NCBI GenBank assembly: GCA_022796475.1
Contig: JAAWIS010000001.1
Coordinates: 22,219 to 86,218, forward strand
Direction of reading: 5' to 3'
Source: Lachnospiraceae bacterium
GTDB lineage: Bacteria; Bacillota; Clostridia; Lachnospirales; Lachnospiraceae
Length of the DNA: 64,000 bases
This document shows positions 18,550 through 28,397 of the stretch, one piece after another. The position numbers and the translations under genes were made by a program. The notes under the pieces are model-generated. The model was not told the DNA's origin and did no database searches. It saw only the letters and a program-made list of their open reading frames with translations. Every line of letters starts with the position of its first letter. Position 1 is the first letter of the stretch.

Positions 18550-19651
18550 GGGGTTCTTCTTCCTCTCTTCCAAAAAATTCCAATATCTGCCGATCCATTA
18601 CCTGGCGCATGTCTTTCCCTTCCTGCCAGGCAAGAAACCACGCTACTGTTTTTTCCACCGCCTCTGCCACATGGTATCTTGGCTTCCATCCAAATGTATA
18701 CTTGGCCCTGGAGCAATCCAGTTTCAGGAAGTTGGCTTCATGAGGGCCGTCGTCGTTATGGCATTCCCATGCCGCCCCCTGGCCCCAAAACCTGCAAAAT
18801 AAATCAGCCAGCTCACCTGTGGAAACACAATCACAGTCATCCGGCCCCGCATTATAGCAGCCGGAAAAACGCTTGTCCAAAAACTGTTTCATGGCAATAT
18901 CCAGATACAGGGCCAAAGGCTCCAGTACATGTTGGTACGGCCGGGTAGAATAAGGATTTCGCAGAATAATGTTTTGTTTTTTTACTGCAGCCCGGACACA
19001 GTCCGGAATAATCCGGTCATTGGCAAAATCACCGCCTCCAATTACATTTCCGGCTCTGCAGGTAGATACGGCACAGCCCCGATCCTTTAAAAACGATTTA
19101 TCATAACTGTGGGTTGCCAGCTCTGAACAAGATTTACTGTTCGAATAGGGATCATACCCATCCAAGGGATCGCATTCCCGATAGCCATATTCCCACTCTT
19201 TATTTTCGTATACTTTATCTGTGGTTACATTTAAAAAAGAAGTCACACTGTCAGTAAGCCGGACACATTCCAGTACATTTACCGTTCCCATTACATTCGT
19301 TTCATACGTATAGACCGGATCCTTATAGGAATCCCTGACAATGGGCTGAGCTGCAAGATGAAAAACGATCTGAGGACGCACCTTCTGGAACACAGCCATC
19401 AGAGCGTTTAAGTTCCGCACATCCCCTATCACCGAATCCATGGTTTCTCCAAGGTCTGCTGCCTGGAAAACTGCCGGATACTCAGGCGGTTCCAGTGCAT
19501 ATCCAGTTACCTTTGCTCCTGCCAGCGTCAAAATCCGGCACAGCCAGGAACCTTTAAAGCCGGTATGTCCCGTAACCAGTACTGATTTTCCCTGATAAAA
19601 CTTTTTTAATCCTTCAATCGAACCATTTGTCATACTTTCTTCACTCTCCAT
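18542..19651 (-). CDS. rfbG: CDP-glucose 4,6-dehydratase (RfbG/DdhB)
   Basis: SDR-type GKSVLVTGHTGFKGSWL nucleotide fold, located between rfbF and rfbH. The start is uncertain: ATG at 19651 or 19633, while the track begins at a TTG at 19696. Confidence 0.9.
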   Translation of the reverse strand: MESEESMTNGSIEGLKKFYQGKSVLVTGHTGFKGSWLCRILTLAGAKVTGYALEPPEYPAVFQAADLGETMDSVIGDVRNLNALMAVFQKVRPQIVFHLAAQPIVRDSYKDPVYTYETNVMGTVNVLECVRLTDSVTSFLNVTTDKVYENKEWEYGYRECDPLDGYDPYSNSKSCSELATHSYDKSFLKDRGCAVSTCRAGNVIGGGDFANDRIIPDCVRAAVKKQNIILRNPYSTRPYQHVLEPLALYLDIAMKQFLDKRFSGCYNAGPDDCDCVSTGELADLFCRFWGQGAAWECHNDDGPHEANFLKLDCSRAKYTFGWKPRYHVAEAVEKTVAWFLAWQEGKDMRQVMDRQILEFFGREEEEPHV

Positions 19652-19696
19652 TGTGTACTGTTTCCCGGAGCCTTCCGTTTTCTTTCTTAACTGCAA

Positions 19697-20470
19697 TTAC
19701 CATATCTTCCATGGCGCCTTCTGGCTTTGCCATAATTCTTCTAACTGCTGCTTATCCCTTTGAGTATCCATGCATTTCCAGAATCCGGTATGAGGATAAG
19801 CCATTAGCTGTCCGTTCTTTGCAAGATTTTCCAAAGGTTCCTTTTCCAGCACGGTCTGGTCATCCTTAAGATAATCAAATACCTCCGGATTCATTACCAT
19901 AAAGCCGCCGTTGATTAAGGCTCCGTCTTTATTTTCATTCTTCTCCCTGAAGGCCTGAATGGTTCCGTCCTGCCGGATGTCCATAATGCCAAACCGCTGT
20001 CCTACATTAACTGCAGTGATTGTTGCGATTTTTTTGTGGCTGCGGTGAAATTGTTCCAGCTCTTTTAAGTTCACATCTGCCAGCCCGTCGCCATAAGTCA
20101 GCATAAAGGGCTCCTCTCCAACATAAGGGCGGATCCGCTTTACCCGGCCTCCGGTCATGGTATGCAGCCCGGTATCTACCAGGGTTACTTTCCATGGTTC
20201 GGAGTAATTGTTATGTACCTCCATTTGGTTGTTTGCCAAATCAAAGGTAACATCTGATGTATGAAGGAAATAATCGGCAAAAAACTCCTTTGCCACATAT
20301 TGTTTATACCCCAGGCAAATTACAAATTCATAGAATCCAAACTGGGAATAATATTTCATAATATGCCAGAGAATAGGCTTCTCCCCAATCTCTATCATAG
20401 GTTTCGGTTTTAAATGGCTCTCCTCGCTGATTCTGGTGCCGAAGCCTCCTGCCAGCAGTACAACTTTCAT
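19697..20470 (-). CDS. rfbF: Glucose-1-phosphate cytidylyltransferase (RfbF/DdhA)
   Basis: MKVVLLAGGFGTRISEESHLKPKPMIEIGEKPILWHIMKYY is the RfbF N-terminus. The start is set at 20470, with a GGAGGAA RBS 6 nt upstream. Confidence 0.9.
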   Translation of the reverse strand: MKVVLLAGGFGTRISEESHLKPKPMIEIGEKPILWHIMKYYSQFGFYEFVICLGYKQYVAKEFFADYFLHTSDVTFDLANNQMEVHNNYSEPWKVTLVDTGLHTMTGGRVKRIRPYVGEEPFMLTYGDGLADVNLKELEQFHRSHKKIATITAVNVGQRFGIMDIRQDGTIQAFREKNENKDGALINGGFMVMNPEVFDYLKDDQTVLEKEPLENLAKNGQLMAYPHTGFWKCMDTQRDKQQLEELWQSQKAPWKIW

Positions 20471-20492
20471 CTCTGATTCCTCCATCTTCCTG

Positions 20493-21953
20493 CTAATTTC
20501 CTTTGTATATATTCCATCTGTTTTCCTCCAGGATCCTCAAAGCGTTCCTGATTTTCTCCGGACCATGGCGGTATTGAAATAAAGCTTCCAGCTCCTGATC
20601 CGGCACATCCCGGTAACTGCGGGCTGCTGCTTCCACATTAAGTCCATACGCTTTTCTGTCTGGGGCCTTTTGCAGTTCTTTATAGGTAGTATAACCGTTT
20701 CCTGTCAGAATTACCAGAGAAATCAAAATTGCCGCCGCTTTTTCCGGAAAATAGTTTCTTTCTTTTGTCTTAGCCCTGCTTTTGTCCTTTAAATCCCTTC
20801 TTTCCGGGCTGCCATCTTCTGGTTTTCCTTCTCTTTTTTCCTTGCACCAGGAAAAAAACAGTCCAAAGGTCAGGAAAATCCCGAAAATCCCGGCTTGGTA
20901 CTGAAGGGCATAACGGGAACTCATACCGTAACTGCTGTTTTCGAAAATCCATCTGGCCGCCAAAACAAGAAGATGGTTCAAACCGCCTGCAAAAATCAGC
21001 ATCAGAGGAAACATAGTCTTTTCATACAGCCGTGCCCTTAGCTGCATCCACAAAGCCAGTAAATAGCCAAGAAGCACCAGTCCACCTGCCAAATAACACA
21101 AAGCCATCCCCTGGTTTCGTTTCTGAAGCAGTTCCATCAGCACTTCTTCCCCTACTGCCATGGAAGAAAAGCTTTTTATCAGAAATTTTGGAAACAGGCT
21201 TGCATGATCCCCTAAAACCTCCAAAAGGCTTCGGCCGGTTGTTCCCGCATGTTCCGTAACAGCAAAGGAATTGCTGATCAGGTACAAAAGCAGCGGCGCC
21301 AGTACATGAAGCCCGTAAACACCGTACTGATAATCCAGCCGTTTATTTTCCTTCCAGTCCAGGAAAAAGCAGAAGCTATAGGTCAGCAGCAGCACTGCAG
21401 AATAGGAAGCACAGTAAGGTCCTGCTGTACCTAATGTAAGAAGCCAGGGAAGCAAACACAAAAGCCTGCTGGCCTTCTTTTCTCTCCATTCCCGATCCCA
21501 GACCAGATAATGGAAATAAAATCCTGCAAACGCCAGAAAATGACACCAGCCAGTTCCATTGGTTAACATTTCCCATTTATTCAGGCTGAACATTACAGCC
21601 ATTAGAAAAAGATACCAGCCTGTCCCTATCTGCCTTTCCCGGCAGTAAGTAGTTAAAACCACAGCCGACAATCCCAGGCACAACGCTCCCAGAACCATTT
21701 CAAATACGGTAGAATATCCAAAGAAAGATACGTTAATAATCCGTTCCGGAAAGTTTACCGGCATTCTGGTAAATAGATCCGCCACAAAAAATTTCTTGGG
21801 ATTCCACACGTCCGGCAGATAACTGTTAATCAGCCGGATATAGTCGGAATAAACCACATCATTAGCAGCAGCCAGAATATATCCGATAACCAGCACTGTA
21901 CCGAAAACAGGAACAAGAAACATCCAATTTCGTTTTTTCATTCTTTCATTCAT
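20493..21953 (-). CDS. Polytopic membrane protein of the glycan locus, function unknown
   Basis: About 12 hydrophobic helices, a charged insert (KEKREGKPEDGSPERRDLKDKSRAKTKERN) and a short soluble C-terminus. No catalytic motif was recognised with confidence. Confidence 0.45.
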   Translation of the reverse strand: MNERMKKRNWMFLVPVFGTVLVIGYILAAANDVVYSDYIRLINSYLPDVWNPKKFFVADLFTRMPVNFPERIINVSFFGYSTVFEMVLGALCLGLSAVVLTTYCRERQIGTGWYLFLMAVMFSLNKWEMLTNGTGWCHFLAFAGFYFHYLVWDREWREKKASRLLCLLPWLLTLGTAGPYCASYSAVLLLTYSFCFFLDWKENKRLDYQYGVYGLHVLAPLLLYLISNSFAVTEHAGTTGRSLLEVLGDHASLFPKFLIKSFSSMAVGEEVLMELLQKRNQGMALCYLAGGLVLLGYLLALWMQLRARLYEKTMFPLMLIFAGGLNHLLVLAARWIFENSSYGMSSRYALQYQAGIFGIFLTFGLFFSWCKEKREGKPEDGSPERRDLKDKSRAKTKERNYFPEKAAAILISLVILTGNGYTTYKELQKAPDRKAYGLNVEAAARSYRDVPDQELEALFQYRHGPEKIRNALRILEENRWNIYKGN

Positions 21954-21970
21954 ATCTTACATCCTGCCCC

Positions 21971-23953
21971 TTACTCTGCTAAAATTTCAACCAGCGCTGT
22001 CAGGCGCGTATCCCCTCTCTGCTCTCTGGCATCCTGGACATAAAAATTGCTTTCCATCTGAATTTTTAAGGTTTGGTTGGCCTTTGCATCAATTTGGGCA
22101 TAATAAATATTTTCGGTTACCGGAATCGTCTGGTATAATTGATCGTCCACGTAGATTTTCGTTTCCTCTCCTCCCAAAAGAACTCCCGGATACAGAAACC
22201 GCAGTAAAATCTGGCCCTCTTTCCCGCTTAACACAGAAAAACTGCATTTCTCGTCCATCCATCCGTCCTGGTAAAATCCATAATCTACCTGGAGCTTCTG
22301 TTCCCTTACAAACTGGGTAATATCCTGGAATCCGTTATGAGCCGGATCTTCCCGCAGAATCAGCATGGAATTTGTTACCAGTCCAATATCCCAGATACTG
22401 TCAATCTTCACTACCTTGGTTCCCTCTGCTTTCCGCTCCTTGTCAAATACTTTAAAGAAGGTTTCCGCTGTGAAACTGCTCATCTCATAGGAATCTCCAA
22501 GGATATAAATTGTTTTTCCGAATATATCCTCACCGTACCGTCCATACGTTTCTTCAGCCAGAGAATTATAGCGAAGCTGATTCGGCCAAAAATACAGGTT
22601 TGGAAAATAACCGCGAAAAAAGACTTCGACTGGCAGCGTCAAAAGCAAATACAGCAGAAATCCGCTTATGCAAAAGGCAGCCGAATGTCCTTTTTTCGGC
22701 ACAAGCTGCACCGTATGCCTTGCCTGAAAATTAGCTTCTGCGCTGTCGCCTGTAAGCCGTTTTTCCGGCTGAGCACTGTAGCCGCTTCCAAATTGATAAA
22801 ACAGTTTTTTCCCTCGTTTTCCGGCCACTTCCACGTCACAGGCTAAAATGCCGCAGATATATGTAAGAAACAGCAGTGCTGCCCCATAAGAAACATACAC
22901 CCAGCGCATTTCCACCCGCACAGTTACACTGGAAGATCCAATGCACAAGGCAATAAAGGTCAGAAAAAGAAGGACATTGGAACAATAAGACCATCGCTTT
23001 TCCTTGTCACGGATTATTTTCACCAGAAATGCTGCTAAAAACAGGACCAGCACCACATCAGCGCCGTAAACCAGCTTCTTGACAAGGCCAGGGGTTTCTG
23101 ACCAGGCCAGGCCGTTTAAGTGCTGAGGCCCTGCATTGATCCCGAATACATAGGCCGCCTGACTTAGTGAATAGTTTATGGCCTGACGAAAGGAAAACGT
23201 ATCTGCCACCTGGGTTCCTCCCGTTCCGGCAGGTGATAAGGTTCCTATAGCAGCAAAGCGAATGACCTGTACCAGCAGAAACTGACGCAGAGGCCAAAAC
23301 CACTTCTTTAAATGAAACCTGCGGCGCAAAATCAGTACAAGATAAAATAATGGCAGCAATGCCATATAACGCTCATGGACAAAGCAGATACAAAAATATA
23401 GCCAGCAGGCTCCGTGATAATACCAGATTTTTTCCTGCTTTTCATTTAAATATACATACAGGCAGTACAAAATTCCAATGGCCATCCAAAGGGCCAGGGT
23501 TTCCATCAGACCATATACCTGTCCGATTTGGTAATAGGCCATTCTGGAAGCAAGAAAAAGAATCCCGGTTAAAAATCCAAAGATTCCCCTTCCTGACAGC
23601 TTCCGTCCCAAATAGTAAAGAAACCCGGCTAACAGGCCATTTATCATGATATTAATGGGAACCAGCCATTCCACATGGGAACCGGCCGCAGCCAGTTCCA
23701 GCCAAGCCGCCAGATTATAGAGAAAGCGGAACCTGGTGCTTCCTATGGGAAAGACATACTCAAAAAAGGACTGCTCCCCATAGCAGGACCAAAGATAAAG
23801 ATCATCCATGTAAAGGCCCTTGATGGCAATTCCCCGATTGATGAAAAAAGCAAATCCCATTAACAGGCCTAGTGCAATGATATCATTTTTTATCTGTAAT
23901 TTTTGTTCCATAGAAAGTGGTTTCAACAGATCCGCCTCCTTTTCTTTTCTCAT
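21971..23953 (-). CDS. Large polytopic membrane protein, GT-C-like, with a ~230-aa C-terminal extracytoplasmic domain
   Basis: The start is set at MRKEKEADLL (ATG 23953), which overlaps the upstream stop as ATGA. An acidic YMDDLYLW motif follows the first TM helix, where GT-C enzymes carry their Asp motif. The soluble C-terminal domain runs from about YFPNLYFW onward. Confidence 0.5.
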   Translation of the reverse strand: MRKEKEADLLKPLSMEQKLQIKNDIIALGLLMGFAFFINRGIAIKGLYMDDLYLWSCYGEQSFFEYVFPIGSTRFRFLYNLAAWLELAAAGSHVEWLVPINIMINGLLAGFLYYLGRKLSGRGIFGFLTGILFLASRMAYYQIGQVYGLMETLALWMAIGILYCLYVYLNEKQEKIWYYHGACWLYFCICFVHERYMALLPLFYLVLILRRRFHLKKWFWPLRQFLLVQVIRFAAIGTLSPAGTGGTQVADTFSFRQAINYSLSQAAYVFGINAGPQHLNGLAWSETPGLVKKLVYGADVVLVLFLAAFLVKIIRDKEKRWSYCSNVLLFLTFIALCIGSSSVTVRVEMRWVYVSYGAALLFLTYICGILACDVEVAGKRGKKLFYQFGSGYSAQPEKRLTGDSAEANFQARHTVQLVPKKGHSAAFCISGFLLYLLLTLPVEVFFRGYFPNLYFWPNQLRYNSLAEETYGRYGEDIFGKTIYILGDSYEMSSFTAETFFKVFDKERKAEGTKVVKIDSIWDIGLVTNSMLILREDPAHNGFQDITQFVREQKLQVDYGFYQDGWMDEKCSFSVLSGKEGQILLRFLYPGVLLGGEETKIYVDDQLYQTIPVTENIYYAQIDAKANQTLKIQMESNFYVQDAREQRGDTRLTALVEILAE

Positions 23954-26331
23954 GGTTCTTTCATGCGGATATTGCGGTAAAATTCCTCTGCTTCCCATTC
24001 CGGATCCACCGGATAGGCTCCGTCCAGATTGATGCAGGCCACCATGTTTCCATTTTCATACCGAATGTCACCCAAGCTCCCATCTTCCACTAAAAAGCGG
24101 ACCACATCATAGCAGCGGGTCCCTTCTTCCAGGTAACCGGCCTGAACATAAAGGTATTCAATTTCTGCAAATCGTAAAAAAGACTTAAAGTCCTCCAGAG
24201 TTTTTACCAGTCTTACATTTCCGCCGCTTCCGGTTACATCGTAATAACTCTGGATATTACAGGGAAACTGCAGAACAGCAGGATGCTCACCCACTGCAAT
24301 TACCCGCGCCCTTGGATCTTTGGATAATACAGACCATATCGCCTGATTCCCCTGACTGCACATCTGCTCATATAATGCCTGCTGATGATTGAAGTAGCCT
24401 TGGTGTTTTCGTTTAATCGGGGTAAATCCTACCGTTCCTGCCCAGTTCGTACTAACCATTACTGCTGTCTGAAACAGCAAAAAGCCAGCAAAAAGATGCG
24501 TTAAAACGTTATAGTTTCTCTTTTTTTCCTCCAATATTCCCTGCCCCTTTGCTTCTGACAGGGAAAGAGTTCCTATTACTGCCAGCAGTACGTACAAAAG
24601 CATAAAATAATTTCCATCCACCTGCCATAACAGATAGACGCTAATCAAGCTAAGAAATCCTGTAATAGCAGCAGCGGCCTGGATACATCCCCAGGCTCTG
24701 CCATAAGGACTGCCCTTCTTTTGTTTTGACCATGTTTTCCCCCACAGCAGCCATGCCAAAAGAAACATTACCATCAGACTGCTTCCCCAGGCGATGATCA
24801 CGTGATCCATGTCCTCTCCCTGGGGAGCGATTAAAATTCCGAAAAGCCGTCTGGCAAGAAGCAGCAGGCTTTGACCTGCCCCCACTTCCAGCCCCTGATT
24901 GGGAATTGGGAGAAATGCATAGGGCCATCGGACAGAAAATCCTATTTTCTCCCATATAGAAGTAAACACTGATGTAGTGGGAACGCCTGTCATCCGGTAG
25001 GTGCGGATCCAGGTTCCAAAAAGAGCCCCTGCCGCCGGAATCAGCGCCGCTGCCAAAAAGCGGAAAAAACTCCTGTCCGCAAAAAACCGTTTTTTGGAAA
25101 TCCCCCCCTTTTTCAGCAAATAAATCAAACAGGTTAATGACACTGCCCCAGAAAAAACCATAGAAGTAGGCTTCATGGAAAAGCTAAGGAGGCAGCTTCC
25201 TGCTGCAATTCCAAACCATTGCTGCTTCTTTTTCATTTCTTCGTCAACCAGAATTCCAACTGCGCTGCATAAAATGCAAAGCTGACAGACCAGCGTAACC
25301 GTATCGCTTTTTGCCGTAATGGACATATTCATAATTCCTGGTATCACAGAAACGAACGCTGTGGTCCCTAAGCTCAGCAGGGGAGAAACGGATAGCTGAA
25401 ACACCAGACCGTATACCAGGATAAGTGCCAATACAGTAAGCCAGATATTAAAACACAGCATGTATCCAAAGGTTGACGTTCCGGACAGAGGAAAGGAAAG
25501 TATTTCAAACCCTTTGGGGTAGGTATAAACCAGGTTAATATTTCCCAAATTTTCATAAATCCCCTTTCCGTTGTCCAATATATAGGGGGAGCGAAGGCCA
25601 TAATGAAGAGAATCGTAATCCGGCCAGTTATTCACTCTTGCAAACTGGAGAAATACCATAGTAATCAGCACTGCCAGAAAGACCCCTTCCCAGACAGTCT
25701 TGTGTTTCTTTGACTCCTTTTCCGGAAAAGACATAATCTCGGGAGTCCTGCCGCGAAAAGCTGCCAGGTTCCATGCAAACAGCATTAGAAACAGCAAGGC
25801 TGCCACCTTCCGAATCCGGACTAATCCTCCAATCTGAAATGCTGAAAGCAGGCAGATCATGCTGATCCAGCTTGCCGATCCAATCAAAAAACTGGCTGCA
25901 AGCTGCTGTAAGCGTTCTCTCCTTTGGAAAGGCCCTGTCAAAAAACTTTGATGCCCGAAAACTCCCTCTCCTGCAGCCATTTTTCCGACCCTGTGACCAA
26001 ACATAAGGATTCCCAGCAGCCATAACCCGGAAACCGTAAGAGGCAGGAAACTTTGATGCAGCCAGCTTCCCAACAATATCCCGAACCCAATTCCGCCAAA
26101 ACGCTGCCATCCTTTCATTGGGACACAGCAAAAAAACAGCATCCACATGAAAAATGCCATGGTTTCCAGAAGGGCCTGCCTTCCCCGGGGATCCAGAACA
26201 TTCTCCTTAAGAGAGCCTGCAAGAAACAAAAAATAAATCCCTGCTCCAAGGCAAACGGCCCCTGCCAGACAGAACCCCGGCAATTTCAGTTTATTCCCCA
26301 TTACCCTTCCGCCTTCCTTATATTCTTTCAT
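23950..26331 (-). CDS. Large polytopic membrane protein (793 aa), GT-C/YfhO-like, with a soluble C-terminal domain
   Basis: More than 14 predicted helices followed by a ~170-aa soluble tail. It lies immediately after a GT2 gene. Contains a G7 tract (plus-strand C7 at 25102-25108). Confidence 0.45.
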   Translation of the reverse strand: MKEYKEGGRVMGNKLKLPGFCLAGAVCLGAGIYFLFLAGSLKENVLDPRGRQALLETMAFFMWMLFFCCVPMKGWQRFGGIGFGILLGSWLHQSFLPLTVSGLWLLGILMFGHRVGKMAAGEGVFGHQSFLTGPFQRRERLQQLAASFLIGSASWISMICLLSAFQIGGLVRIRKVAALLFLMLFAWNLAAFRGRTPEIMSFPEKESKKHKTVWEGVFLAVLITMVFLQFARVNNWPDYDSLHYGLRSPYILDNGKGIYENLGNINLVYTYPKGFEILSFPLSGTSTFGYMLCFNIWLTVLALILVYGLVFQLSVSPLLSLGTTAFVSVIPGIMNMSITAKSDTVTLVCQLCILCSAVGILVDEEMKKKQQWFGIAAGSCLLSFSMKPTSMVFSGAVSLTCLIYLLKKGGISKKRFFADRSFFRFLAAALIPAAGALFGTWIRTYRMTGVPTTSVFTSIWEKIGFSVRWPYAFLPIPNQGLEVGAGQSLLLLARRLFGILIAPQGEDMDHVIIAWGSSLMVMFLLAWLLWGKTWSKQKKGSPYGRAWGCIQAAAAITGFLSLISVYLLWQVDGNYFMLLYVLLAVIGTLSLSEAKGQGILEEKKRNYNVLTHLFAGFLLFQTAVMVSTNWAGTVGFTPIKRKHQGYFNHQQALYEQMCSQGNQAIWSVLSKDPRARVIAVGEHPAVLQFPCNIQSYYDVTGSGGNVRLVKTLEDFKSFLRFAEIEYLYVQAGYLEEGTRCYDVVRFLVEDGSLGDIRYENGNMVACINLDGAYPVDPEWEAEEFYRNIRMKEP

Positions 26332-26345
26332 CTAAAACTCTGTTT

Positions 26346-27149
26346 TTACCCAGATATTTCATAGGAATCGTAAGCCCTTTGATAAAATTTCATAATTAAC
26401 CGGACGATGCAGTCCGGCCAAAGCAGGGCAAACATCTTGCTTTCCTCTTCAAAACGCAGATGCTCTTTCATACAGGAATTCGTGGCAGCATCTGGATGGA
26501 GCCGATGATATACCAAAGGTTTCTCTGCGCAGATAAACCTTCCCGGCTCTTTTGCCATGGCAATTAGCCGATCCCAGTCCAATACAAACCGGAAAGACGG
26601 ATTAAAAAAGGGCCTATTCTCCTGAAATCCTTCCTCTTTTCTGTAAGTACAGGCAGGACAGCAAATAGGATTTCCAAAACATAATGACGCTTTTTTTATC
26701 ACAGATAAATGATTCAGGGAGGGAATACGCAGAGGAATGCGCAGAAACCGTTTCACTCCTTCTAACCGCTCTCCTTTGGCCAGCTTCCTGTTTTTCACCG
26801 TCACATAGTCTGTAGTAAACAGACTGATATCGGGAAACCGGCCCACTGCCTGTTTTAATTCTTCTACATAGTGTTTCCCATACATATCATCCTGATGGGC
26901 AATGGTCACATAACGGGAATCTGCCATCTCATACGCAAAATTCCAGTCCTCCCCAATCCCTTTTTTCCCTTCCCGGATCAATACCGGAATCTGATAAGCT
27001 TTTGCCAGCTTCTTAATATACGGGCTTGGGGTAGAAGTACATAAGATTACATTAGTTGGACAGCTCTGCATGGTAACGGATCGGATGCATGCTTCCAAAT
27101 AAGGGGAATCCCCATAAGCACAAATTGCAAAGGTATGAAAATCCTTCAT
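26346..27149 (-). CDS. Glycosyltransferase family 2
   Basis: GT-A N-terminus FAICAYGDSPYLEACIRSVTMQS and the acidic motif AHQDDMY. Confidence 0.75.
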   Translation of the reverse strand: MKDFHTFAICAYGDSPYLEACIRSVTMQSCPTNVILCTSTPSPYIKKLAKAYQIPVLIREGKKGIGEDWNFAYEMADSRYVTIAHQDDMYGKHYVEELKQAVGRFPDISLFTTDYVTVKNRKLAKGERLEGVKRFLRIPLRIPSLNHLSVIKKASLCFGNPICCPACTYRKEEGFQENRPFFNPSFRFVLDWDRLIAMAKEPGRFICAEKPLVYHRLHPDAATNSCMKEHLRFEEESKMFALLWPDCIVRLIMKFYQRAYDSYEISG

Positions 27150-27263
27150 GACACAGCTTTCCTTTCTTACATTTATTAGGCTGCATTCAGATATTTTTTC
27201 CCAAATATCCTTATCGTCTTATCATTCCAAATCCCTCTGGCTGAAACTGGAAAACGAAGGTTT

Positions 27264-28343
27264 TTATGTATACTTTGTATTCTTTTTCTCTCTCTCATAG
27301 GGGTTTTTCTTCAGCAGCAGTGATACAAACAAACTAAGCAGGGCAATGGCTGCAAAATGGTAGGCAATTCCGATCCAGTTTTTCGATCGGTTATTGATCT
27401 GAATCACAGCCGGCATCAGCGGCGTAATCACCCCGTCCAGCCACAAAAGCACCGGAACATGGGTAGCCATAATTACCATGCTGTTTTTTCCAAACAGAGA
27501 AAACACCCATGCCGCTGGAGGGCATTTTGCCAAAGCTGCTGAAGCCAGAAGGATCAGATAGCTTCCTGCCAGAGCTGCCAGGTAAAAACTCCACAGCCCC
27601 TTATGTCCAAACCAGGCTGCATTGATATCCACCCGTCCGTTCCATTTAACGCAAAGCAGCCATACAGGAAGAGCTATCGCTGCCGCAAGCAGCAAAACCG
27701 CTGTCTTTCTTTTTCCGAAAATCAGGCCTTCTCTCTCCCACCAGTCTTCACAGGCTCTCCACAAATGGCCTGCAAAGAAAAATCCCTGCAGGATCATAGC
27801 CAGTTCAAATCCCCAGGGAAGCCTGACTTCCCTTACCTTGATCTTCCATCCGGCAAACATAACCAAAAGCACCGCAACGCCTTCCAGCAGATAACTCTGC
27901 CATGGCTTTTTTCCCAGCTTCCCAGTCCAAAGAATCAGATAAAACCAGATATTTGCTACGAAAAACATGGTCAGAAACCAGATAGGAAGGTTAGGAAGGT
28001 AATTGCAGATTCCGATCCCCCACAGCATCCCTGCCACATAGTAGCCAAACTCTCCTGCATCTTTTGGCCAAGTATAGATGATAGAAAAAAAGGCAAATAA
28101 AAAATAAGGCTGCATTAAGCGGTAAAACTTTCCTGCAAGAAATTCCATGGGAGTTTCTTGTTCTTTCAGCCGCAGCCAATACCCGCCAATCAGCAGAAAC
28201 ACCGGAAGCTGAACACTATATACAACTTGGTTCAGCCTTCCGTCATACTCAAAAAAACGGTTCATATGACCTAAAATCACCAAAAGGATGCTGATCCCTT
28301 TGGCGATATCAATATACGTCTTTCTCATGTTTCTCCTTGTCAT
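27264..28343 (-). CDS. Acyltransferase-3 family membrane O-acyltransferase
   Basis: YIDIAKGISILLVILGH N-terminal motif and about 10 TM helices. Confidence 0.8.
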   Translation of the reverse strand: MTRRNMRKTYIDIAKGISILLVILGHMNRFFEYDGRLNQVVYSVQLPVFLLIGGYWLRLKEQETPMEFLAGKFYRLMQPYFLFAFFSIIYTWPKDAGEFGYYVAGMLWGIGICNYLPNLPIWFLTMFFVANIWFYLILWTGKLGKKPWQSYLLEGVAVLLVMFAGWKIKVREVRLPWGFELAMILQGFFFAGHLWRACEDWWEREGLIFGKRKTAVLLLAAAIALPVWLLCVKWNGRVDINAAWFGHKGLWSFYLAALAGSYLILLASAALAKCPPAAWVFSLFGKNSMVIMATHVPVLLWLDGVITPLMPAVIQINNRSKNWIGIAYHFAAIALLSLFVSLLLKKNPYEREKKNTKYT

Positions 28344-28397
28344 TTTCCTCTAACGGTGTATCAAGGTGACGGATGCCTGTTCCATAGCCTTTTCGTG

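Noticed and set aside
20493-21953. Calling the 486-aa polytopic protein a Wzy polymerase or O-antigen ligase.
   Set aside because: Only the helix count and locus context fit. I could not see the Wzy_C-type loop motifs by eye, so it stays an unknown membrane protein.
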